From: Terrimicrobiaceae bacterium
GTDB taxonomy: Bacteria; Verrucomicrobiota; Verrucomicrobiia; Chthoniobacterales; Terrimicrobiaceae
NCBI GenBank assembly: GCA_044342325.1
Contig: JBIIPZ010000048.1
Span: 1 to 19,264 of the forward strand
Reading direction: 5' to 3'
Length of the DNA: 19,264 nt
Shown here: one piece after another, positions 7,122 through 15,104 of the stretch
Layout: each line of letters opens with the position of its first letter
Position numbering within the stretch: the stretch's first letter is position 1
Position numbers and translations under genes: made by a program
Notes under the pieces: model-generated
Database searches by the model: none
Told to the model about the DNA's origin: nothing
The model's input: the letters and a program-made list of their open reading frames with translations, nothing else

Positions 7122-8711
7122 TTGGAAAACACCCCCCCGGCCCGCTTTGCAATGACCCGCCAAATCTGGGTGGCGTTGATCGCACTGGCCTCGATCTGGT
7201 GGCTGTCGATCCGAATGCTCTGGACCGAGTGGGAGATCGATCCGCAATACAGCTATGGATTTTTGGTCCCCATCTTGTGCGTGGCGCTCTTTCTTCAGCG
7301 CTGGCGAGACCGCCCTGCGACCGGGGAATCAGGAAATCCCTTGCTGTCTGGTCTCGCAGCCCTACCGGCGCTTGGTTTTCTTCTGGCCGTGCAGCCCTTT
7401 TATGAGGCGAACCCGGAGTGGAGGATTCCTGGGATTCTTGGCGCGCTCTGCTCCGCGCTGCTGACGCTCCTGCTTGTTTACTCTCTCGGAGGATTCTCCT
7501 GGGTGCGGCATTTTCTGTTTCCGATCGCCTTCTTCCTGATCGCAATCCCATGGCCGCGCAACGCCGAGGAGGCGATCATGGGTTTCTTCATGGAGAAAAA
7601 TGCCATGGCGGCTCTGGAGGTTCTCCACTGGTGCGGTTATGAGGCCGTGCGGCGGGGACATCTCATCACCCTTCCCACAGGCACGCTGGGCGTGGAGGAG
7701 GCATGCAGCGGAGTCCGGTCGCTCCAGAGCGGCATCATGGCCTCGCTCTTCCTTGGCGAAATTTTTCGCTTCGGCGGATTTTTCCGCACCATTCTGGTCT
7801 CGGTTTCCATTCTGATTGCAGTTTTTGGAAATTTCCTGCGGGCCACGATCCTTTCGATCATTGCCTCCAACGAAGGAGTCGCTGCCGTTGAGAAATGGCA
7901 CGACATCGCAGGCTATGCCATTCTGGTTTCGACACTCGGCACGCTCTGGCTGATGGCTCACTTTTACAATAAAGTCCGCAGCAAGCGAAACAACGCACCG
8001 AGCGACCCAGTCGACTCGGACGCACCGCTGCCCATTTCCAAGCTCCTCTTCGCGGCCTGTCTGTCGACAATTCTTCTCACAGTGACATCCCTCGCCGGCA
8101 CCGAACTCTGGTATCGCTCCCATGAGGTAGGGACAAACGCCGAAAGCCATTGGACACTCAAATCCGGCACTCCAGGAACGAAGCCGATTCCCATCTCCGA
8201 GCGCACCCGCCGTATTCTCTTTTTTCCAGAGGGATTCTCCGAGCGGTTTGCGGATTCCGGAGGGCGTGCGTGGCAGTTGTTTTATCTTCGCTGGCCCGCC
8301 GGTCGAACGGCTATTCAAGCATTGAACATCCATGATCCCCGAACCTGTCTTGCCAGCATCGGAATGGTTCTTGAAAAGCAACTTCCCTCCCTCACGATCC
8401 AAGTGGGCAAGGAGAACTTTCGCTTCCGCGTGTTTTTATTTCGCGATGCCGGAAGACCGGTTCTTGTTTTCCACTCCATCATTGCAGGAGGCACTTCCGC
8501 AGAGCATAGTTCCGAAGACCATGAAACGCTCAGCAGCGAAGAATATACACTAAAAGGACGCTGGAAGGTTGTGACAAAGGGAATCCGAAATCGCGGGCAA
8601 ACACTTTTAGAAGCCGCTGTCTGGAATACGACGGATGTGGCTACTGCGGCAAACACACTTGCCGGCTTCTTGGCACGCACCATGGAGGAGAATCGTTCAG
8701 AGAGCAAATGA
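7122..8711 (+). CDS. Exosortase (EpsH family transpeptidase) fused to a C-terminal EpsI-like extracytoplasmic domain
   Basis: N-terminal W..DPQYSYGFLVP, multiple TM helices and FPIAFFLIAIPWP. Catalytic triad Cys195 (VEEACSGVRSL), Arg240 (NFLRA), His260 (WHDIAG). C-terminal IHDPRTCLASIG resembles the EpsI H-x-P-x-x-C motif. TTG start with GGGGAG 9 nt upstream; alternative ATG at 7152. Confidence 0.9.
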   Translation: MENTPPARFAMTRQIWVALIALASIWWLSIRMLWTEWEIDPQYSYGFLVPILCVALFLQRWRDRPATGESGNPLLSGLAALPALGFLLAVQPFYEANPEWRIPGILGALCSALLTLLLVYSLGGFSWVRHFLFPIAFFLIAIPWPRNAEEAIMGFFMEKNAMAALEVLHWCGYEAVRRGHLITLPTGTLGVEEACSGVRSLQSGIMASLFLGEIFRFGGFFRTILVSVSILIAVFGNFLRATILSIIASNEGVAAVEKWHDIAGYAILVSTLGTLWLMAHFYNKVRSKRNNAPSDPVDSDAPLPISKLLFAACLSTILLTVTSLAGTELWYRSHEVGTNAESHWTLKSGTPGTKPIPISERTRRILFFPEGFSERFADSGGRAWQLFYLRWPAGRTAIQALNIHDPRTCLASIGMVLEKQLPSLTIQVGKENFRFRVFLFRDAGRPVLVFHSIIAGGTSAEHSSEDHETLSSEEYTLKGRWKVVTKGIRNRGQTLLEAAVWNTTDVATAANTLAGFLARTMEENRSESK

Positions 8712-10585
8712 GCGACTCGATGGCGAAAATCACCAAGCCGCGCGCCGCTGCGAAGAATGCGAAAGCACCTCCTCGCATAAAAAAGCAAATCAAGGAGGAA
8801 GACCCTCCAGCGTTCACCTCCTCTCCATCCCCAGTCGCACCGGTGCCTGTGGAACTTCCGGACTATGAGGTCGACCCACATGGACACCACCCTCACCGAC
8901 ACTTCCTGCGGGAACTGGCTGGAGACATCCGAGCGCGCATCGTTCTAGCTCTGCTCATTTCGGGTCTGATCCTTTGGGTCGCAATTCCCCCGGCTTATCA
9001 TCGCCTCAAAGTCTGGCGGGCTATGAAATTTCTAGCGCAGTCGGAGATCGCGGCCAATGAGGGCAATGTTCCGAAATCCATAAGCCTGATGCGCCGGGCT
9101 ATTCTCATGGTGCCAAATGAGGAGGCCGTCTTCCGCAAAGTCCGCCTCTTCAATGCGTCGCTTGGCGACCCCAACTCGCTGAATTCCCTTCAACGCCTCA
9201 TGCTGGAAAAGCAAGCTTCTCCGCAGGAACTCCTCACACTGGCCGAACAGGCACTCAAGGCCGAAAACCCCGTCATCGCAAAGGCCTCGCTGGATCAAAT
9301 CCAGGAGGATCACTCGGTGCGGAAAATCATCATTCAGATGCGCCTTCTAGAGAAAGAGGGGAACCTCAAAGAAGCTCTCAATTTGGCGAAAACAGAACTC
9401 CCGACCCTCACGCCGGATGATGGCGAGAAACTTCTACTGGCGACCGCCGAGATGACCCTCAAGACAGATGTCACAGCCAGCCGTCAAATCCTCCTTCAGC
9501 TTGTGGATAAAAATTCCGCCATTGGCATCTCTGCACTTCGACTGCTGGGAGCCCAGATTCTTGCGCAGCGCGCAACAGAATCCCTGCAGGCGGACAAAAT
9601 TGCGGACAAGCTCCTGGCGCATCCGCTACACACTCCAGACGATGTCTTGCTGGCCCTGGATTTGCGGATAATGCAAAACCCCTCAGCCAAGCCTGCGCTT
9701 CTCGCGCAAACCATGTCGGAGCGCACTTCTGGCGCCCCGGACGACGCACTCGCTTTTGCCCGCTGGCTGAATCGCAGACTGCACTACAAGGAATCCGTCG
9801 ATTTCATCGGCCGTGAACGCGCCGCTTCAAATCCTGATTGGCTTCTCCTCTACCTTGACGCCCTCGCAGGCCTGGAGCGCTGGAATGATATTTTCACCAT
9901 GCTCGATGCCGATACGATCATTGGCCTTTCAGATAGCATCCGCCTGCTTTTCCTGGCAAGGGCTGCGGAAAAATCGGGGGACCTCGAGAGTGCTGGGGAA
10001 AGCTGGCGCGAAATGCAACTCGGCCTCGCCTACGAGAAACCCGAGGTTGTTTCCTTCATAGCCGCCTATGCCCTGCGCATCGGTGAGCGCGAACAGGCGA
10101 CCAAAGCCTACACCGCCCTCTCACACCGCAAGGAAACAGCGCTGGAGGGATACCTGGGCCTGATCCGCTGTTGGCCACAAAACACCTCGGCAGCAGAACT
10201 CTTGCCGCTTTATCAGGAATTCACCGAATCATTCCCCATGCTGGCTGAAGCTCGAAGTGACCAGACCTATCTCAAACTTCTCACGAACGACAAACCTGCG
10301 ACCACGGCCGCTATTGCGAAGGAGTTTTACGACAACACGCCGCACTCCCTCGCCTCGTTGAGCATAGCAGCGCTGGGGATGCTGAAAACCGGCAACCCTT
10401 CAGGGGCTGATGCACTCTACGAAGGCAAGACCATTGCATGGCTTTCAGCGCCCACTGCCTGGCGAACCGTCCGCGCGGCCGTGCTTTATGGCATCGGAAA
10501 AAAGAAAGAAGCCGATGAACTCGTGAGAACGATCAATAAAAGCCAACTCCGCCCGGAGGAGCGCGCGCTCCTGCCTGAAGGCTAG
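8708..10585 (+). CDS. Membrane-anchored alpha-helical/TPR-like repeat protein of unknown function
   Basis: 625-aa ORF coupled to the exosortase by an ATGA overlap. Lys/Pro-rich N-terminus, His patch HGHHPHRH, one TM helix (IVLALLISGLILWVAIPPAY), then Ala/Leu-rich amphipathic helices ending LRPEERALL. Confidence 0.82.
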   Translation: MSDSMAKITKPRAAAKNAKAPPRIKKQIKEEDPPAFTSSPSPVAPVPVELPDYEVDPHGHHPHRHFLRELAGDIRARIVLALLISGLILWVAIPPAYHRLKVWRAMKFLAQSEIAANEGNVPKSISLMRRAILMVPNEEAVFRKVRLFNASLGDPNSLNSLQRLMLEKQASPQELLTLAEQALKAENPVIAKASLDQIQEDHSVRKIIIQMRLLEKEGNLKEALNLAKTELPTLTPDDGEKLLLATAEMTLKTDVTASRQILLQLVDKNSAIGISALRLLGAQILAQRATESLQADKIADKLLAHPLHTPDDVLLALDLRIMQNPSAKPALLAQTMSERTSGAPDDALAFARWLNRRLHYKESVDFIGRERAASNPDWLLLYLDALAGLERWNDIFTMLDADTIIGLSDSIRLLFLARAAEKSGDLESAGESWREMQLGLAYEKPEVVSFIAAYALRIGEREQATKAYTALSHRKETALEGYLGLIRCWPQNTSAAELLPLYQEFTESFPMLAEARSDQTYLKLLTNDKPATTAAIAKEFYDNTPHSLASLSIAALGMLKTGNPSGADALYEGKTIAWLSAPTAWRTVRAAVLYGIGKKKEADELVRTINKSQLRPEERALLPEG

Positions 10586-10621
10586 CCATTTCCCCGGGCA
10601 AGCCGTGCAACTGCTCACCTC

Positions 10622-11266
10622 ATGCCGCCCGCCAATTCATCACAACCCACCAGCCGCCAAGACGAGGTTCTCCGCGAGCTGAAACAATCGGGTCCCCTCC
10701 CCGTGCGGGAACTCGCCACCAAGCTTCAGCTCAGCTACATGGGTGCGAAGCAACACTGCTTGGCTCTCGAAAAAAGAGGCCTCCTCTCCAGTCGCAACAA
10801 CCATCGCGGTGCGGGACGCCCCCTGCTGGTCTACAGCCTCACATCGAAGGGGCAGTCATGGTTTGAGGAATCCGACAACACGGCAGCCATCTCGATTCTT
10901 CGCCATGCAAAGAATCTCTATGGTTCCAGTAGCGCGGCCAAACTGCTGCTGCTCTACTTCCAGGAATGCACGGAGAAATACAGGAGTCACATTCCTGCTC
11001 AGACACCTGTTGCGGAGAAAATGCTCCTTCTGGCCAAGGCGCGTGATGAAGAAGGCCGCATGGTGGAGTTGTCGCCGGGCATACGGATCATCGAGCGACA
11101 CAACCCTGCGGCGGCACTGCACAAGGCATTCCCGGAGGCGGATGGCTTGGAGGAGTCCCTATTCCGTCAAGTGCTCGGCGTTCCGGTCCGCCGCCGAGTG
11201 GTTTCACCCGGCGGGCAATACGAGATTCATTTCGATCTCCACACTCCCCTCGCCCTCAAATCCTGA
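10622..11266 (+). CDS. Winged-HTH transcriptional regulator, SufR/COG2345-like
   Basis: N-terminal HTH VLRELKQSGPLPVRELATKLQLSYMGAKQHCLALEKRGLL, followed by the family wing motif GAGRPLLVYSLTSKG. Central LAKARDEEG resembles SufR-family L..R..EG.M. Confidence 0.85.
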   Translation: MPPANSSQPTSRQDEVLRELKQSGPLPVRELATKLQLSYMGAKQHCLALEKRGLLSSRNNHRGAGRPLLVYSLTSKGQSWFEESDNTAAISILRHAKNLYGSSSAAKLLLLYFQECTEKYRSHIPAQTPVAEKMLLLAKARDEEGRMVELSPGIRIIERHNPAAALHKAFPEADGLEESLFRQVLGVPVRRRVVSPGGQYEIHFDLHTPLALKS

Positions 11267-11272
11267 AATGGA

Positions 11273-12040
11273 TCAGTCCGCTGGATTTTTGATATCCCGG
11301 CAGTATTCGCGCACCGCCTGCTGAATTGTGGTGGCGACGTCGGCTCGTGGCTGGGCAAATTTCGGACGAAACCACGGGAAGAGTCCAATGAGATCATGAA
11401 GGACAAGGATGCCACCGTCGCATTCCTTCCCGCTTCCGATGCCGATAGTCGGGCAGGATGTCTTTTTTGAAATCTCTGCAGCCAGTGGCGCGTGGACGAG
11501 TTCCAGGACGATGGCGCTGGCTCCAGCCTGATCTATGGCTATGGCATCAGAAACCAGACGCTCGGCCTCGTCGGTGGATTTCCCCTTGATGTGGTAGCCC
11601 CCCTCTTCCACGACCCGCTGCGGAAGCATGCCTAGATGACCGATAAGCGGAATGCCGTCCGCAAGGATAGCCTCGATGGCAGGCAGGCACTCGCTGCCTC
11701 CCTCGATTTTCACCAAGTCCGCACCGGCTTCGCGGAGCTTGCGGGAATTCTCAACAGCAAGGCTCGGCGTGCGGCAACTGCCTGCGGGCAGATCGGCGGC
11801 CACTAGTGTTTTGGTGACTCCACGCGCAACGGCCCGGGTGTGGTGGATCATGTCCTCCATCGTGACTTGAGTGGTGTCTGGATGCCCAAGAACAACCATT
11901 CCCAAGGAGTCGCCGACCAGAAGAAAATCCAGGCCGCACTCGTCGAGAAGACGCGCTGTGGGGTAGTCGTAGGCGGTGAGCGTAGCCAGACGGCGGCCTG
12001 CGGCCTTGGCGGCGCGGAGTGATGCTGGTGCGGGTTTCAC
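11273..12040 (-). CDS. panB: 3-methyl-2-oxobutanoate hydroxymethyltransferase
   Basis: Motifs LTAYD, LLVGDSLGMV, ADLP, VKIEGG, GHLGMLPQ, IVLE, TIGIGSG.ECDG and PKF. Confidence 0.96.
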   Translation of the reverse strand: MKPAPASLRAAKAAGRRLATLTAYDYPTARLLDECGLDFLLVGDSLGMVVLGHPDTTQVTMEDMIHHTRAVARGVTKTLVAADLPAGSCRTPSLAVENSRKLREAGADLVKIEGGSECLPAIEAILADGIPLIGHLGMLPQRVVEEGGYHIKGKSTDEAERLVSDAIAIDQAGASAIVLELVHAPLAAEISKKTSCPTIGIGSGKECDGGILVLHDLIGLFPWFRPKFAQPRADVATTIQQAVREYCRDIKNPAD

Positions 12041-12070
12041 GGGGATTGAGAAGTAATATCAGGAAGGAGT

Positions 12071-12568
12071 TTAAAAGCAGGCCACGGCCTTGGGCAAATC
12101 CCCTGCGGAGAACTCGGCCAAACGCTCGGCAATAGACTTCTCCCAACCGGGCAGGATGCGCTCGGGGCAGATATCCGCAAGAGGGCAAAGAACGAAAGGT
12201 CGCTCGGAAATCCGAGGATGCGGAAGAGTGAGTTCGGGCAGAGTGAAATGCAGGTTGTCGTAGTAAAGGATATCGAGGTCGATGGTGCGTGGCGCGTGGA
12301 AGGCATGATCCTTTGACCGACCCAGGGTCTGCTCGATGCGCTGCAAAGCCGCGAGCAGGTCAAGCGGCGGAAGGGTGCAGGCGATTTCGATGGCGGCGTT
12401 TAGGAAGAGTGGCGAACCGGGCGGGCAATCCACTGGCTCGGTCTCAAAGATGCGGGAGCACAGGAAAGGCCCACGATCCTCATGGAGGACTTGCAAATGC
12501 AGTCGGGCAGATTGCAGGAGATGAAGGCGCTCGTGCAGATTCGATCCGAGCGCGATGCCAACCCTCAT
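12071..12568 (-). CDS. folK: 2-amino-4-hydroxy-6-hydroxymethyldihydropteridine diphosphokinase
   Basis: IALGSN, FETEP, FLNAA, IEQTLGR, PRTIDLDIL and LPHPRISERPFVLCPLADI. ATGA overlap with the dapB stop. Confidence 0.96.
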   Translation of the reverse strand: MRVGIALGSNLHERLHLLQSARLHLQVLHEDRGPFLCSRIFETEPVDCPPGSPLFLNAAIEIACTLPPLDLLAALQRIEQTLGRSKDHAFHAPRTIDLDILYYDNLHFTLPELTLPHPRISERPFVLCPLADICPERILPGWEKSIAERLAEFSAGDLPKAVACF

Positions 12569-13305
12569 TTCAAGCCAAGAACATCCTGCATGTCGTAGAG
12601 GCCCGGCTTTTGACTTTGTGCCCAGCGGGCAGCGCGAAGCGCGCCCTTCGCGAAGGTGTCGCGACTGGAGGCCTTGTGCGTGAGTTCCACGCGTTCGCCC
12701 ACATTGGCAAAGATGACAGTGTGGTCGCCGACGACATCCCCGCCGCGAATGGCGTGCATGCCGATCTCCACATTCGTCCGCTCGCCGACCATGCCCTCAC
12801 GGCCGTGCATGACATCCTTGCTGTATTCCAACTGACGCACATCCGCGAGAATCTCAGCCAATCGGCGGGCCGTGCCACTCGGCGAATCTTTTTTCAGGCG
12901 GTGGTGCATTTCCACCACTTCGAGATCGAAGTCGGGCCCGAGGATTTCAGCAGCCTTGCGCGTGAGCCAGAAGAGCGTGTTCACGCCGACGCTGAAGTTT
13001 GGAGCGAAAACAATCGGAATGGTTTTCGACAACTCGGTGATGCGGCGGCGGGCATCGTCATGGTGGCCAGTGGTGCCGATGACGAGGATTTTCCCGGCAG
13101 TCGCGCAGGCTTCAGCGATGGCAACGGTGGATGTCGCGTGGGTGAAATCGATCACCGCATCGCATGAGGGAAGTGCCGCAGGCAGGTCGTCCCCAAGATC
13201 GGTCGCGCCAGCGAGACTGAAGAGCGGATCGGCCTTGGCACAGTCGATGAGAGCCTGCCCCATCCGACCACGGGAACCATTGATGATGACGCGTGTGGGA
13301 TTCAT
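12565..13305 (-). CDS. dapB: 4-hydroxy-tetrahydrodipicolinate reductase
   Basis: INGSRGRMG, IDFT, IGTTG, APNFSVGVN, EMHHRLKKDSPSGTA and RGGDVVGDH. The start is placed at ATG 13305 (MNPTRVII), which overlaps the dapA stop (ATGA), rather than 13365. Confidence 0.96.
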   Translation of the reverse strand: MNPTRVIINGSRGRMGQALIDCAKADPLFSLAGATDLGDDLPAALPSCDAVIDFTHATSTVAIAEACATAGKILVIGTTGHHDDARRRITELSKTIPIVFAPNFSVGVNTLFWLTRKAAEILGPDFDLEVVEMHHRLKKDSPSGTARRLAEILADVRQLEYSKDVMHGREGMVGERTNVEIGMHAIRGGDVVGDHTVIFANVGERVELTHKASSRDTFAKGALRAARWAQSQKPGLYDMQDVLGLK

Positions 13306-14177
13306 AGACCGATTCGGGAAAGGGTTTCGGTGAGGCGCTGGACGCTGGCGGGGGTCATCTCGCACAGAGGGAGGCGGACTTCGCCTGTCATCTTGCCCAG
13401 GCGGGCGAGCACAAACTTCGCCGGGACGGGGTTCGGCTCGATGAAGAGGTCCTTGAAGAGCGGATAATACTTTTGATGAATCTCCAGGGCATTGGAGGAT
13501 TCCCCTGCGAGGTAGTGACGAACCATGCGGGAGACTTCGGCAGGAATGATGTTCGATGCCACGCTGATGACGCCAACAGCGCCGACCGACATGAAGGGCA
13601 GCGTGAGCGAGTCATCACCCGAGAGGATTTGGAAACTAGCAGGGAGGGCGTTGCGTAGTTGGTTGACGCGCTCCACGGAGCCTCCAGCCTCCTTGATGGC
13701 TACGATGTTTTTGAAATCCTTGGCGAGCCGCGCTGTGGTTTCCACTCCGATCTCGATGCCGCAACGGCCGGGAATGCTGTAGAGAACGATTGGAATCTTC
13801 ACCGCCTCGGCGATGGCTTTGAAATGGCGGTAGAGCCCCTCTTGGCTTGGCTTGTTGTAGTAGGGAGCGACAAGCAGGGCTGCATCAGCGCCCGCTTTTT
13901 CGGCAGCCTGGGTCAAGGAAATGGCTTCACTGGTCGAATTGGAGCCGGTGCCTGCGATGACAAGACACCGCTTGTTTGCAGTCTGAATGGCGACCTCGAT
14001 GACTTTGAGATGTTCATCGTGGTCGAGTGTGGGCGACTCTCCGGTCGTGCCCACGGGGATGATGCCCGAAATGCCGCCTGCAATCTGTGCTTCGATGAGT
14101 TGGCGGAAGGCTTCGGTGTCGAATTGGCCGTTACGAAATGGCGTAACGAGCGCGGTGTGTGCTCCTGCGAATGTCAT
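13302..14177 (-). CDS. dapA: 4-hydroxy-tetrahydrodipicolinate synthase
   Basis: ALVTPF, GTTGESPTL, AGTGSNST, PYYNKPSQEGL, LYSIPGR, Schiff-base IKEA, SGDD and GVISVASN. Confidence 0.97.
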   Translation of the reverse strand: MTFAGAHTALVTPFRNGQFDTEAFRQLIEAQIAGGISGIIPVGTTGESPTLDHDEHLKVIEVAIQTANKRCLVIAGTGSNSTSEAISLTQAAEKAGADAALLVAPYYNKPSQEGLYRHFKAIAEAVKIPIVLYSIPGRCGIEIGVETTARLAKDFKNIVAIKEAGGSVERVNQLRNALPASFQILSGDDSLTLPFMSVGAVGVISVASNIIPAEVSRMVRHYLAGESSNALEIHQKYYPLFKDLFIEPNPVPAKFVLARLGKMTGEVRLPLCEMTPASVQRLTETLSRIGL

Positions 14178-14188
14178 AGTGAGAATGG

Positions 14189-15001
14189 TTACAAGGAAAT
14201 GGTGCCCTCGAAAACAAAATCCGCCGGACCGGTGAGCCGCGCCGAAGCAAAGCTGCCGTCGGGATTTCTTTGAAAATCCACCCGCAAGGTGTCGCCACCG
14301 CGAACTCGGACATGGATTGGCGACGCCGCTCCGGATTCCACTGAATGCAGAAGTGCGGTGGCGCAGACCCCGGTGCCGCAGGCCAGCGTCTCGCCTTCGA
14401 CCCCGCGCTCGTAGGTGCGGAGAACGAGACTGTCCGGCGCGAGGACCTGGGCGAAGTTTGCATTTGTGCCCTTGGGGCTGAAGGCATCGTGCCTCCGAAG
14501 AGCCGAACCGAGAGCCATGACATCGATTTTTTCGACATCAGGGACAAAGACCACGGCGTGTGGGACACCGGTGTTAAGGAAGTGAACTTGATGCGTGGAA
14601 TCGCCGAGAGTGAGAGACTGCCCAGCGCGATAATCCTGCGGGCGCCCCATTTCAAGGGCGACCAACTCTCCCTCCAGAGCGGCGGTGATGAGTCCGGCTA
14701 GCGTTTCAAAACTTACGGAAAGTGGTTTCTCTGGCATGAGACGCGCAGCGAACCTTGCAAAGCAACGGGCCCCATTCCCGCACATCTCGGCCTCGCCGCC
14801 GTCGCTATTGTAGTAGCGCATGCGGAAATCGGCACCCCCGTCAGCCGGCTCGACGGCCAGCAATCCATCCGCGCCAATTCCTCGGTGCCGGTCACAGAGA
14901 TGGGCTATGGCAGCGCCGTCGAGTGAGAGACTCCGTGTGCGATTGTCGAGGACAACGAAGTCGTTTCCCGCGCCGTTCATTTTTGTGAATCGAATATCCA
15001 T
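14189..15001 (-). CDS. dapF: Diaminopimelate epimerase
   Basis: FTKMNGAGNDF, RHRGIGADG, NSDGGEAEMCGNGARC, GVPHAV and RTYERGVEGETLACGTG; both catalytic Cys are present. Confidence 0.97.
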   Translation of the reverse strand: MDIRFTKMNGAGNDFVVLDNRTRSLSLDGAAIAHLCDRHRGIGADGLLAVEPADGGADFRMRYYNSDGGEAEMCGNGARCFARFAARLMPEKPLSVSFETLAGLITAALEGELVALEMGRPQDYRAGQSLTLGDSTHQVHFLNTGVPHAVVFVPDVEKIDVMALGSALRRHDAFSPKGTNANFAQVLAPDSLVLRTYERGVEGETLACGTGVCATALLHSVESGAASPIHVRVRGGDTLRVDFQRNPDGSFASARLTGPADFVFEGTISL

Positions 15002-15010
15002 TCAACCGAG

Positions 15011-15040
15011 AGAGTAGACCGCAAAGGAACCTGTTCGCAA
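15011..15040 (-). promoter_or_regulatory. Putative sigma70 promoter of the dapF-dapA-dapB-folK-panB operon
   Basis: On the - strand: TTGCGA (15040-15035), 18-nt spacer, TACTCT (15016-15011), then 9 nt to the ATG with no SD. Confidence 0.45.
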
Positions 15041-15104
15041 TCCAGGTTAGTTGAAATCCACTTCGATCGATCTGAAGCCGTCTTCAAGGAAGCGGTCAGA
15101 ACCA

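Noticed and set aside
7362..8402. 346-aa antisense ORF opposite the exosortase
   Set aside because: Shadow frame of a well-supported membrane protein gene in GC-rich DNA; no motifs.
12289..13167. 292-aa antisense ORF over folK/dapB, and similar ones at 15297-16151, 6561-7247 and 13659-14273
   Set aside because: All lie fully opposite conserved enzyme genes and show no independent protein signature.
15041..15104. Short dyads (TCGATCGA; TGAAG-N4-CTTCA) after the cyclase stop
   Set aside because: The stems are too short and lack a U-tract; not supportable as a terminator or ncRNA.
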